Shown here piece after piece: positions 50,756-62,481 of a stretch of 64,000 nucleotides of DNA. The translations under genes and the position numbers were made by a program. The DNA comes from Camelus dromedarius (Eukaryota). Position 1 is the first letter of the stretch. Each line of letters begins with the position of its first letter. Below the pieces are notes generated by a model that saw only the letters and a program-made list of their open reading frames with translations, ran no database searches and was not told the origin of the DNA. The stretch lies in assembly GCF_036321535.1 (NCBI RefSeq), contig NC_087438.1, positions 7,318,001-7,382,000 on the forward strand, written 5' to 3'.

Positions 50756-51280
50756 ACCAGCCTGCCTAAATCCCTCTGGCTGGGAAGTTAAAGAGCTGCT
50801 ACTGTCAGTGCCAGAGGTCATCAACCTGATTCATTTTTGCCAGGATGCTTTAGGGGAAATTACATGTTTTTAGCCTACTTTTAACTTATTTGATTCAGTG
50901 AATCAGGACAGCTTGCTACAGGTTTCATTGCCATTTGGATTTCTTCTATAGTTTGCTTAGTCATTTAATTTGTTTATATACATGTTGGGTCATTTACATT
51001 TTCCCTGATTTATAGAAGCCTTTATGCATTGTGCATATTAGCTTTTTTTTCACATGTTGAAAAGAGATATTTTTCTTTAAATTTTTTTTTTTGGTGAACT
51101 CTACAGAAATATATAATTTTTATGTAGTTGGTTGGTCCATCTTTTCTTTCATAATTTTAGACATTAGTGGTAGGATGAAAGTCTTTCTTGTCTCCAAACT
51201 ATACCCTCTCCATTATTTCTACTCATGCTTTATTTTTAAACACTTATGTATTTGACCTTTTGGAATCTTTTATTGTATAT

Positions 51281-51730
51281 AGTATTAATTTCCTAGGGCT
51301 CCTGTAATAAATTACCACAGACTAGGTGGCATAAAACAATTAAAAAATTTATTCTTTCACAGTTCTGGATGCTAGGAGTGTGAATCAAGGTGTTGGCAGG
51401 GCTGTGCTTTTTCTGAAGGCTCTCGGAGAGAATCTGTTCCATCCACCCTCCCAGCTTCTGACGCTGTGGGCAACCCTTGGCCTCCCATGGCTTCTCAACA
51501 TATTGCTCCAGTCTTTGCCTCCATCTTCCTGTAGCCGTCTTCCTGCATGTTTCTGTCTGTGTCTCTTCTCTTCTTACAAGGACATCAGACCCATTGGATT
51601 AGAGCTCACCCTAATGACCTCATCTTAACTTGATTCCATCTGCAAAGACCCTATTCCCAAATAAGGTCACATTTACAAGTTCCAGGGGTTAGGACTCAAC
51701 ATATGTTTTGAAACATAATTCAAACCACAA
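51281..51730 (-). mobile_element. MLT1C-like LTR inside an old antisense L1 fragment
   Basis: TATTAATTTCCTAGGGCTCCTGTAATAAATTACCACAGAC...CCAAATAAGGTCACATT; T-rich L1M-like flanks. Confidence 0.8.
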
Positions 51731-52998
51731 TTATGGTGTAATGTCAGGATCTAGCTTCATTTCTTTTCCCAATCTATTGAACAATACGTCCTTCCTCCAT
51801 GAATCTATTTCAAGACTCTTTATTCAGCTCTAGCAATGTATTGGTCAATTTCTACTGAGGTCTTACAGTGCTTAACAAGGCATTCATGTATAACTACCCA
51901 GGATGAATAATTTTAATTGTAAATTGGTTTAAGAAAGCAATTAACCGCCCATCGTTAGTATTATCAGTCTATCTTGGTCATTCAGTCTGCGATGGCAGGG
52001 CTTCCTGGGAGAACTTTCATTTCTTCCAGTGTTCACACCCTTGTTTGTCCTTGGACAGAAGCTGTAACTCCTGCTTTATAGCTGGTTATGTGACACACAC
52101 ACACAAAGTACCTTTTTTTGCCCTCTCTGAGCTACTATATTACCAATAGGATTTGAGTATAAACATCTATATTAATTTCAAAAAATCTCCACAGAGCATT
52201 CCTCCAACGCAGGAATGTATAAATTCTGACACAACACTCCAGAGCTATAAGAAGCCATACCAATATGAGGGCTCAGTGGCCGAGAGACACTCATCCAGTC
52301 AGTCACCATGTATTTACTGAGCACCAGGCGCTGTTCCAGCCATAGGTGTCACAACAGCACACAAGACAATAGACTCTCTGTTTCCGTTAAGCTTGTATTT
52401 CAGTGGGAGGTGGAGGGGGGACAAGTGGAAAAACAAACTAAAAGAGGTACAGAATGCCCTTCTAAGAATGAAGGAAAGATTTGCAACTTGAATTCCAGGG
52501 CAGAATCCAACCCTCTGCTCAGCTTTATATTTCTTATCGAAATATAGATTATTGGTGACATCCTGATTTGGGGGGATAAGAAAAGCAGAGTCACGGAAGT
52601 GAAACACACGGGAAGGATGACAGCGACCGGTGGGAGCAGGGCTGGACACTTGAGTCAACAGACCTTCCTAACAGCAATCTACCACTGGTGGCACACTTCA
52701 TTAGTTTACAAAATATTTTCATCCCCATTTGTAAGAAGGAGACTGAGACACCAAAAGATTACTTGATTATTTGACTGTCTGCAGGAATAATGCTTATTTA
52801 CTGGTTCCTCAAGGAAACCATCAGAGTCCTCAGTATACAAGAGATGCACGATAAATGCCGAATTATGCTGTAAACACCTGAGCTGGTATCACTAATTGGT
52901 TGGGAGCAAGATATACATAGGTAATCTATTTCCTAATTTCTTTCATTATCTATGCAAAGAGATTCATGTCCCCACGGATGTTTTTAACATTTTATTTT

Positions 52999-53111
52999 AT
53001 TTTGTTTTGTTTTGTTTGTTTATGTTTTTTTTAATGGAGGTCCTGGAGATTGAACCCAGGACCTCTGTGCATGCTAAGCACACACCATATCGCTGAGCTA
53101 GACTCTCCCCC
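52999..53111 (-). mobile_element. tRNA-Ala-derived SINE (camelid vic-1-like)
   Basis: Reverse strand reads GGGGAGAGTCTAGCTCAGCG...CTTAGCATGCACAGAGGTCCTGGGTTCAATCTCCAGGACCTCCATTAAAA; TSD TTA(A/C)CATTTTATTTT at 52984-52998 and 53112-53126. Confidence 0.85.
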
Positions 53112-55399
53112 TTACCATTTTATTTTGAAAAAATTTTAGACAGTGGTATTTGGAAAAATAGTGTAATTGATATCCATCACCACTTCCTGTAACGTTACTC
53201 GTTTACATGCTGCAGCACAACGCTCAAACACAGGAAATCAGCCTCGGTCCAAGGCGATTAGCTAAGCTGTAGCCTTGCTTGGACTTCACCCTTTTTTCCC
53301 CTGGCACAGTGGAGGGTTAGCTCTGTAGGCTTGGAGCTGTTCCAGTCCTGCTTATTTCAGGGAAAAGACGGGCCCTTGACCAGGATAAAAGGGTCTTTAA
53401 TACCCCCACCCCACCCCTCTCACACCCAACAAATCGTCCTGTAAGTTGGAATCCTCTTCCCCCAGGTGCCTCCTGGAAGGTCAGCTCTTCATCACTATCT
53501 TCACTGCTCAGCTGGGCTCTCAAATCCTGGATGAAGCCTTCCCGGCAGCCACGTGGTAAAGAGAAGCATGCCCGCTTCCCACAACAGAGGGCCCGCACAC
53601 GAGGCTGTCACAGCACGCCTCCCGTTGCATCCTACTCTCCCCCGGCAGGCTGGGCGGGTGCTGGAGCAGGGCTGTGGTGGGCATGGATCCAACCCTCTTC
53701 TGGGATATGCGCTTTCTTTCCGCCATAACCACAAGATGCCGACGGAAGCCGCCGTGATTTTCACGCAGCCCCCACCCACATGGCCACCAGTGATTGGTAG
53801 AGCTGAGCCCCTGACCCCGGCAGAGCCAATCAGAGCCCTTCCCTGAGATTCGGGACCTCTGTGGGAGCAGCAGATGCGGCTGCTCTCTGGTGCTGAGGAA
53901 GACTGTGGTCTGGGGTGGGAGAAAGGGAACTCAGAGGCTGAGATAAACCCTGCAGAGAGTAGTGTAGTCCCAGACACCTCCGAGGCCCAGCTACGCCCTG
54001 TGCCCTTCCTGGGTGACAGGAGCCTTCCCTTGGGTTTCTTTCACCATCAGCCAGAAGCTTTCACTAATATAAAGACCGTGTGTCATCCTGTCTTCATCTC
54101 CAGCTGGTGGCCAGAGGCCAGGCACACACCACACCTGACTATTGAGTGGATGAACTAGAAGAGCTCCAAGGCACCTGTCGCCAAGTCACAGGCTTCCTCG
54201 GGGCCATTTCTGCCTTTCTGTTCCGGGACACGGAACCTGATCCATCAGAACCAATCGTGGGTCATTTCAAACACGTTGAACGGCTTTTATATTACAGGAA
54301 CCTTCAAGAGACTGTCTGTCTAGGTGATTTGCAGACACAGTCTGCCGGCCTAATGAAACCGGAACAGCCAGTGTTTTCCGTCCTCAACTCAGGATTAGAG
54401 CGGAAAAGCTGGGGTAAGCAGGGCGCAGGGGGTGGCGCAGCTGTGAAGCCGTGCGGAGAGCGGATTGCCCGGCTCAGCACAGCCTGAGTCCGGGAAAGTC
54501 AGCTAGGACACAGCCTCGGGTGACAAAAAAGAAGGAAAAAAGGAAGTCCGGAGTTTATTTCTCAAACTCATCTTAATTTTATTTCATAGTTCATCTTAAT
54601 ATCAATAAATAATTCAAGACAGAGGGAACTGGTTAGACAACAATGTTATTTCTTCTCGGTGGCTACGGCCACAGGAGGAGTGGGAATTGGAAATTGGAGT
54701 ATATTTTGGGAAAACAAAAATCTCTGTTTTGTTCATTTAAAATAAAACTTTCTTCTGATTATAAACAGACAAGTCCATTTATGGGTGAATGTAAGTTTGC
54801 GCAGGGCTGAGGCTTGGGAAGTGGGTGGCTGGTCAGGCTCTCCTGGCACCCACCTCTATGAGGTCCTGTCCAGCGGGCCCAGCAGAGTGGTTGGGGGGGG
54901 GGGTCCCCGGGGAAGGAGCACACCCCAGGGAAGAGAGCCTTGTACAGAAGCCTGGTCCTTACTCTCTCTGCCGTTGGAGCAGCAGGGAACTCGCTGAGTC
55001 TAGAGCAGGGGCAGGCAGACACCATCACAAGAGGGATTTCCGCTCTGGGTGGTGGAAAGCAACCTGGGGGGACCGTCCCACGAGTTGGTGGGAGTCAGGG
55101 CAGTGCTCATGGTGGCAGTGGCCTCAGTGGAGAGATCTGTGATTCTTGATTATCGCTCAGCTTCGATACACTGAGGCTCTGGCCTCGGCTTCAACAGCAG
55201 CAGGCTTTGGGGTCCCAGGCTCTGGTGGCCACGAAAGGAAGGGTCTGTCCCAGCGGCGGTTCTACGGGGGCACAGGAGGCAGTGGCTTCGCTGGGGCCGT
55301 TGGAAGCCTCACAGCGCCGACAACAATTCCGAAGAGCAATTCTCTGTGAAGTTCCTTGTTTAGTATGGCGCAGCAACAGGGTGACCAGTTGTCTGCCGA

Positions 55400-55512
55400 A
55401 CAGGGTGCCTGGCCTGTCTGGTTTGTCCCAGATTTCCCCAATTTTAGCGCTGAAAATACTGCATCTGGGGAACCCCTCAGTCGTGGGCAAACCAGGACAG
55501 CCGGTCCCCCTG
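55400..55512. mobile_element. MER94/MER81-like hAT-Blackjack relic
   Basis: CAGGGTG...GGTTTGTCCCAG...AACCCCTCAGTCGTGGGCAAACCAGGACAGCCGGTCCCCCTG. Confidence 0.6.
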
Positions 55513-56239
55513 CTTAGCAGACAGATGGGAGTCTCCGTGAGCAGGGCCCCTGGGTCTGGAATCTGCTCTTTCTCGTGCATCTCTGCTCAGACATAGCGTC
55601 TTGCACAGACTGTGCATCCAATAAATACTCACTGAACAAAAATTATGATGATGACTGGAAAGGCTCTGTAAATATTTGCTAAACGGATGCCCCCCTGCCA
55701 GTAAATGAGTTGTTTTTGGTATTATAATACATTACCAGTAAGTGGGACAAACTGGATTTACAGACTTGTTCAAAAAGGAATAGAGATTTTTGTGCAAGTA
55801 GAGAGTGCTAAGAGGGGACGTTTAGCAGAGCTAAATCCTCTAAAACAGATCAGCAAATGACCTCCAGAGGCTTGATTTCTTGACTCAGTCTTAAGTGAGG
55901 ATTATGGATTTCCAGATCCTCTCAGATATGAGGGACCGAAGCAGGAAAGACAGATGTTGGACAAATGCAACAATTAGGAAAAGTAAGAACTGTTTACATG
56001 GCAGGTCACGTAACATAGCAACTTCACAACCATTCCTTTGGGTGGGGTGCATAAGATCATAGGCTTGGAGAGGTGACACGATTTGAATCTTGGCCACTTT
56101 GTGTGGTTTTACAGCACATGCTCCCACTTCACCTTTACTGGGGACGCAGTGATGGAACCCAACAGCCCGATGGTTTCCTGAGGCTGTCTGAGCTCCAAGC
56201 CTCCTGATGTTTCCGTAACTGTAGGCTGATTACCGTGTA

Positions 56240-56841
56240 ATGATGTTAAAATGTTGGAAAGGGCCAGCACAGCCCATCTGGTTGCTTGCTCCTTGCATGT
56301 CTCCAAGGAAACCTGGAGCTGTGACATACCCTTGGCCCAGCCTTGGGAACGTGGCCCTTGGGAGGTTTGTGAGTCCGTGATTGATGATGTTTTATACACC
56401 TGGAACGGTGGACCGTGCCCTGTAAGCTTGTCAGGATGGCTTTGCACAAACACCAAGACTGATGATGCGTACCTAGTTTCATCGTCGGAGTCCTGAGTTT
56501 CCGTTGCCATGAGTGATTGATAGCAGGATGTGTCCATGTGACCAACCCCCCATAAATGCCATGGACCTGCAGACCTGTGTGGCTTTCCCTGTCCAGAGGC
56601 CTTCCACTCATGACCCTGTAGTTCTCTGCCAGAGAAAAAGCACGTTCCGAGGGGGCTCGGATGAGGAGGCACGGCAGGGGAGCCCGTGCTGGATTTCTGT
56701 GGATTTCGCCAACATCCATCTTTTCCAGTCACTTCTGCTTTGCTGTAATAAATCTCAACCCCAAGTTCAACTCACATAGTGGAGTCCTGTCAATCTTTCT
56801 AGCAAATCCCCAAACTTAGGGAGATGTGGACCCTCCAACAC
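56240..56841 (+). mobile_element. MER68/MER77/MER21-group LTR
   Basis: CATGTGACCAACCCCCCATAAA...GCTGTAATAAATCT...GAGTCCTG...CTAGCAAATC...CCAACACA. Confidence 0.6.
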
Positions 56842-57357
56842 AGGAGAGGAGACAAGGAAGCCTGGCTCCTCTTTATTCTGCTGGACCCTGCCCGACCTGA
56901 GATCCGGGCCATGCACACTCTCACCCAGCCCCTCACCTTCCACATTTGAATGCAGGCTGGGAGAACCAGGGCTAGAACAGAACAGGCAGAGCAGGACCTC
57001 AAAAGATAATCCCTTTGGAGGCAGGTTCCTTTTTGCTCAAAGCCCCAGGGTTTACCCACCTGGAAAATGCTGCCAGAAAGTGTGATGGCAGAAGGGGTAG
57101 GGAGGGTGAAGGTCCTTAGGGGGCAAATTTCAGGGCTCATTGCCTTTTGGAATCTCTGTGATTTTTGGACTCAAGTTAATTTCCATAACTGGAGTCAAAG
57201 CCACAAGGGCTCCCCTAGACCTCTGTTACACATTACTGGTTCAGCCAGGCAAGTACTTTGGGTCAAAGTAGCTTCAAGCCCTGCAAATCCCTCTCTATGT
57301 GTGCATACCTGTGTCTCACAGTCCAGGAGCACATTGCAAATCCATTCTGTCTCCCTT

Positions 57358-57368
57358 TATCTACCTAC

Positions 57369-57417
<49 letters not shown>

Positions 57418-57440
57418 AACCTACCTACCTATCTATCATC
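57358..57440. repeat. Compound (TATC)n/(TACC)n microsatellite
   Basis: About 12 uninterrupted TATC units flanked by TACC units. Confidence 0.95.
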
Positions 57441-57639
57441 TCTGAATAGTCAAATTTCAAATCCATTCTCTCTTTTTTGTCTATCTATATCTATTTTTCT
57501 GGTTGTTTACCTATAACATTTTTATTTGTATAAATGTCTGAGCTCAATCATAGACACAAATATCAATTAAACATTCAAAAAGTGAGATATCTGAACAATT
57601 ACAAGTATATTTGCTTTCCCCCAAAAAATCCAAGCATCA

Positions 57640-59040
57640 TTTCTTTTGCATCAGAAATGAAAGCTAATCTGGAATAACCAAACAATCTTGTAAGAGAAAA
57701 ATAAAGTAAGAGGACTCATGCATCCTGATTACAAAATATATTTCAAAGCAATGGCAATAAGACAGTGTGGTACTTGCATAGGATGAACATATGGACCGAC
57801 AAAAGAGAAGTATAGAGTTCAGAAACAAACTCATGAGTCTGTGGTCAACTGATCTTCAACAAGGGTGCCAAGAGCATTCAATGGGAGAAAGAATGTCTTT
57901 TCAACAAATGGAACAGCCACATGCAAAAGAATGAATTTTGACTTTTATCTCACACCTATACAAAATTTAACTTAAAACTGGTCAAAGATTTATATGTAAG
58001 AGCTAAAACTATAAAGCTTAGAGGAAAATGTGAGCAAACCTTCATGATATTGGAATTGGCGATGTTTTCTCAGCTGTGACACCAAAAGTACAAGCAACAG
58101 AGGAAAAAAGCAGATAAGTTGCACATCATCGTGATGAAAATGACGCTCATCTAGAAAAAGTGGAAAAACAGCCGACAGAACTGGAGAAAATATTGGCAAG
58201 CCATAGATCTGAGGAGAGTCCAGGATCCCAAATATATGAAGCTCTTACAACTCAACAAGACCACCCAGTTTAAAAATGAGCAAAGAACTTGCATAGACAT
58301 ATTCCCAAACATAATGTACGAATGGACAACAAGCCCATACAAAGATGTGACTTAAGCTTAAGTCAACGTGACCAACAACTGGACAAAATTGCATCATGGG
58401 TCTTCAGGTTGGGGGCAGGCACTGAGGAAGTCTCTTTAGTACACATTCTTACCAAAAATCCAAAACCTCAGATAAACCCCAATTTCAGGGGATTTGGTGA
58501 AGGTATATGAGAGTTTTTTTTAATACTAATCTCCTAGGTAACAACTTTTATATCCCCTTCAGAAATATCATTGTTATTCAAGACAAAAAGAAGGCAAACA
58601 AGGATGTCAGATGAAAACAGATCAAAGCAAATTGGCGACTAAATATAACGTGTGATCCTGGTTTGGATCCTGGACTGGGAGAAAAACACTATGGAGACGT
58701 TACTGGGGCACTTGGTAATTAGTAATAGTATTCCATCAGTGGTAAATTTCCCGACTCAGGTAACTGCACTGTGGTTGCTGGAGAGACTGCCCTTGTTCTT
58801 AACAGGCATATGTGGGACTGTTTAGGGATGAAGGAGCATGATGTCTGCAACCCACTCTTAAATGGACCAGGAAGAAAGTAATATATATATTTACTGAGAG
58901 GCAGAGAGCTGATGTGGCAAAACAGGGCAAAGTGTTAACAATGGGTGTGCATCTGGATGAAGGGTCTGTGGGGTTTTTTCTTCTATTTGTGCAGGTCTTC
59001 TGTAAGCTTGTTATTATTTAAAAATAAAAAGTTAAAATAA
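57640..59040 (+). mobile_element. Old L1M fragments (ORF2 end and 3'UTR)
   Basis: GACAGTGTGGTAC, CAACTGATCTTCAACAAGGGTGCCAAG and GTGATCCTGGTTTGGATCCTGGAC. Confidence 0.8.
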
Positions 59041-59592
59041 TTATAGTATTTTATATCCTTTTATAACATAATAATATAAATATTTATACAATATGAAGTA
59101 ATTATAATATAAAAATTATAATAAAAGTAAGTAAAATTTTTATAATAAAAATAAAATATGTCTAGTACAAAGTTAGAAAAACAAGAGTTTCTGCCGTAAA
59201 AACTTTAGGATGAGATCACCCCCAGCCCACAGGAGGCAGTGCAGCCCCCCATCCCGATGTCACTTAGCCTGGCCGGGCGGGCTATGAACAGAGCAAATTC
59301 CACTTGTCACTGACACTGACTTAAGAGTCCCTGAGGCCTGGAGTTTGCCTGGGAGACAAGAGGATGGTTTCCTGGCAGAAGATGAGGAGGAGGAGAAAAA
59401 TCACTTGTGCAGCGAAGTGAGATTCTAGATGACACACTGAATGTGCCCTCTGCATTAGAGACCGGCTATGGCTTCCCACACCTGCCCCTTCTGGCTCCAG
59501 GTAATGAGATCCATGTGACCTCAAGCCAAGGTGTGTAGGTTGAGCACCTACTGTGTGTAGAAGCCTGTGGAAGTGAGGAGGCCACTTGGGAG

Positions 59593-59594
<2 letters not shown>

Positions 59595-59623
<29 letters not shown>
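59595..59623. repeat. (GT)n microsatellite
   Basis: About 14 GT units. Confidence 0.95.
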
Positions 59624-59627
<4 letters not shown>

Positions 59628-60079
59628 AGGTGTGTGCAAACTCCGCAGAGCTTTGCAGCAATGCTATGGGTTATTACTCATTGGGGTCGGGGGAGGGGGC
59701 ATGCAACCTAATTCCTCTGCGGAAACCATTTCAAAACAGTGGGCTGATGGTTAACACTTCAGAGCGCTTACTCTGTGCCAAATATTTCACCAGCATTAAC
59801 CCCTAACACTCACAACCACTCCAGGGAGGAAGATTCTCCATCGTCTCCTATTTATAAGTGAGAGGTCAAGTGACTCTCCCAAGGCCACTCCACCATGACA
59901 GCTGCTGCTGGGACCTGAGCCTCTGAGTCAAAGCCTAGCAGGTAAACACACATCTCGCTCTTTTTTGAGCCTGTCCTGGGATGTACGTTGAGTAACCTAT
60001 AGGAAGCAGCTCTAAGGGGCCCCTGAGGGCGTCCTTCTCACGCTGGGAGACAAGCCAACAGTCTTTGCAAGATGGGGTT

Positions 60080-60222
60080 GGGGGGAGGGCATAGCTCAGT
60101 GGTAGAGCGAGTGCTCAGCCTGCACAAGATCCCAGGTTCAATCCCCAGTACCTCCATTAAAAAATAATTACATAAACCTAGTTACCTCTCCCCGCCACAT
60201 ATTAAAAAATACACAAAAATGA
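60080..60222 (+). mobile_element. tRNA-Ala-derived SINE (camelid vic-1-like)
   Basis: GGGGAGGGCATAGCTCAGTGGTAGAGCG...GGTTCAATCCCCAGTACCTCCATTAAAAAATAA...AAACCTAGTTACCTC; short flanking repeat AAGATG. Confidence 0.85.
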
Positions 60223-60372
60223 AAGATGCTGTATACTGACAAAGAGGGGCTGGAGGGTTTCAAGGGACAAGCACGCTGGTAGAACAGAGTAAAATTAGGC
60301 AGGAGAGAGGCAGGTGAAAAAGTTGGAGAGAAAGAGACCGGGGCCTGGGCCAGTGGGTGGTGGCGTTTTAGT

Positions 60373-60373
<1 letters not shown>

Positions 60374-60427
<54 letters not shown>
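60374..60427. repeat. (GT)n microsatellite, ~27 units
   Basis: Perfect dinucleotide run. Confidence 0.95.
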
Positions 60428-60429
<2 letters not shown>

Positions 60430-60506
60430 GGGTGACCCCAGGGAAGGGTGGGAGATGCCCCTGGGGATGTGGGCCAGGTGTGGACAGTGAAGGACCCTGT
60501 AGGGCA

Positions 60507-60898
60507 TGTTAGGTATTAGGGATGTGCCCTGGAGTCTGTGAGTAAAGGGATTTTAAGCGAGGCTGTGGTAGGGATTGTGATGGCAGGCGTATAAAGCGTC
60601 TCTGGCAGGCTGGAGGAGGACCGGGAAGGGCATAGAACCAAGCAGAGGCAGGACACCCACGAGGGTTCCCAAGAGCGCGGTGCCTTATACGTCCTCTTCC
60701 CGCGGTGGGAGAACCCTGTCTCACGTCTTCCAAGGCGGAGCGCTCCAACCCAGTTCCCTGCCCATGAATATACACACACACAGAACTTGGTTCCAGGTTA
60801 ATTTTTCTCTTGGCCTCTCTTCCTGGGTGAGTGAGTTGGCTTCACTTTTCCTGGTTACCACACAACAACCGTCCCCTCGTCGCCAGGTTGCTGTGACA
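60507..60898 (+). mobile_element. Probable ERVL-class solo LTR
   Basis: TG...CA termini (TGTTAGG...GTGACA), internal TATAAA and AATATA; family not assigned; no TSD found. Confidence 0.4.
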
Positions 60899-62048
60899 CC
60901 TGCCGAGAGCCGCCCGTATCGAACGCCAAGCGAACGTTTTTCAGGCTTGTGAAACTCCAACCCCAGGCGGCTGCTATAATAGTTTTAAAGACCTTGAGAG
61001 TACTTTGATGAAGTGATACTTATAATAAACTCCTATCACACCCGCAAATCTGTGTGTACCATCTGCCTTTATTAAAGACGATTTGATGGTTTTCCCATAA
61101 AGGACCCCCGCCACTGCTCTCAGGCTCAGCCACAGAAGATTTAGGTTACAGTCACTCCTGGTTCCCAAACAGTTAAGCGTCGTGCCAGTATTTGGCATGT
61201 AGTGGGTACATAATAAATGCTTGTGGGATGAGAGTGAATGAGTAACTGAATAAAAGGCACCGGCAGTGATGATGACCCAATTAAAATCTTGCTAATTTAA
61301 AAATCCCAGCCTGGAGCAGCTGTGACTTCCAACACCACCCATGAGAGGGGCATGTAGCTCAGGGCCCAGGTTTTGCAAACAGAGGGGCAAAGATGAGACT
61401 GAGGGACAGAGGAATTCTGCCTGTCCCCTCAGCAACTGGTCTGGCTCGTCCTGGCGGCATCTGCCACTCGGGCCCTGTTCAGCATCACTCCTGCCAGTTC
61501 CCCCAGGTGTGGGCCAGGGGCTCCGATGTCTCAGAACGCGATAGTGCAATAACTTGTTTCCCTGGAAACAGCACAGGAGTAGCAGACTTGGCCTGAGGGG
61601 GCTAGTACACTTGACCTTACCCTGTGCCTGGCCCCTGCGCTGGTAGCTCCTGACCCCAGGTGGGCCTCGGCACCCAGCCTGATGGCTTGTCCAGTTAAGC
61701 AGGTGAGTGCATCATTCTCCACCTCAGCTGTTCCAGGGCCCAGCCTGCCACTCCCTTCTTCCAGTTTTCATTTGGGAATTCTTTTAAGCCTCAAGGCACG
61801 GATTCATCCTCGGAATGCTTCTCCCATGGGAGTGCAGGCCTCCACCAGAAGGCCCAGCCCCAGGCAGGTGCTTCGAGCCTCCCCCACAGCCCGGGGGTAC
61901 CCGTCAAGTTTACCTGCAGAAGCAGGGGACCCCAACAGGAGCCACCTGGAGAAGCAAGGTGCATATTTCAGTGTCCCTGACACTTGAACTGCTTTTAAAT
62001 CTGGTGGCAAATTGCTTACTATACATTCCTGTTAAAAACAACCACACA

Positions 62049-62157
62049 GGGGGCAGGGGTTATAGCTCAGTGGTAGAGTGTGTGCTTAGCATGCAAAGGT
62101 CCTGGGTTCAATCCCCAGTATTTGTATTAGCAACAATAACAACACACACACACACAC
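62049..62157 (+). mobile_element. tRNA-Ala-derived SINE (vic-1-like) with (CA)n tail
   Basis: A box TAGCTCAGTGG, AGC anticodon loop, B box GGTTCAATCCC; 11-bp TSD ACAACCACACA at 62038-62048 and 62158-62168. Confidence 0.88.
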
Positions 62158-62168
62158 ACAACCACACA

Positions 62169-62481
62169 ACCTGAGGGTTGCTTTGAATTCTAGAAAAAGC
62201 CAAGTCACTCAAAGCTGAGTCTGGGGAGCAGGGGGAGTGATCAAATTTGGATAAAGAAGGCATTTTTAGGTGAAAAATGAGGACTGCTTTGAAAGCAATC
62301 AAACTAGTTTTCATATGTGACTCAACCTGAATTTTGTAAGCACCACGCAGATGTCTTGGCAAAGGCGGCTGCGTTACTTAAAAGTATGACTTCTCCAGAG
62401 AGCCCATGACGACCTTTATTCAGATGGGCAAATCGAGGTATGTTTTTGAAAACCTAGTCAATGATTTATTCACAACAAGTA
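62169..62481 (-). mobile_element. Mariner-like (MARNA-type) relic
   Basis: Minus strand translates as FDHSPCSPDSALSDLAFSRIQ, resembling HPPYSPDLAPSDF. Confidence 0.5.

Noticed and set aside
54420..54442. CTCF site GCGCAGGGGGTGGCGC
   Set aside because: Mismatches at key core positions; cannot be supported without a PWM scan or ChIP
62056..62126. Functional tRNA-Ala gene (also the 60085 and 53030 copies)
   Set aside because: Broken acceptor or anticodon pairing, A-rich tails and TSDs indicate retroposed SINEs
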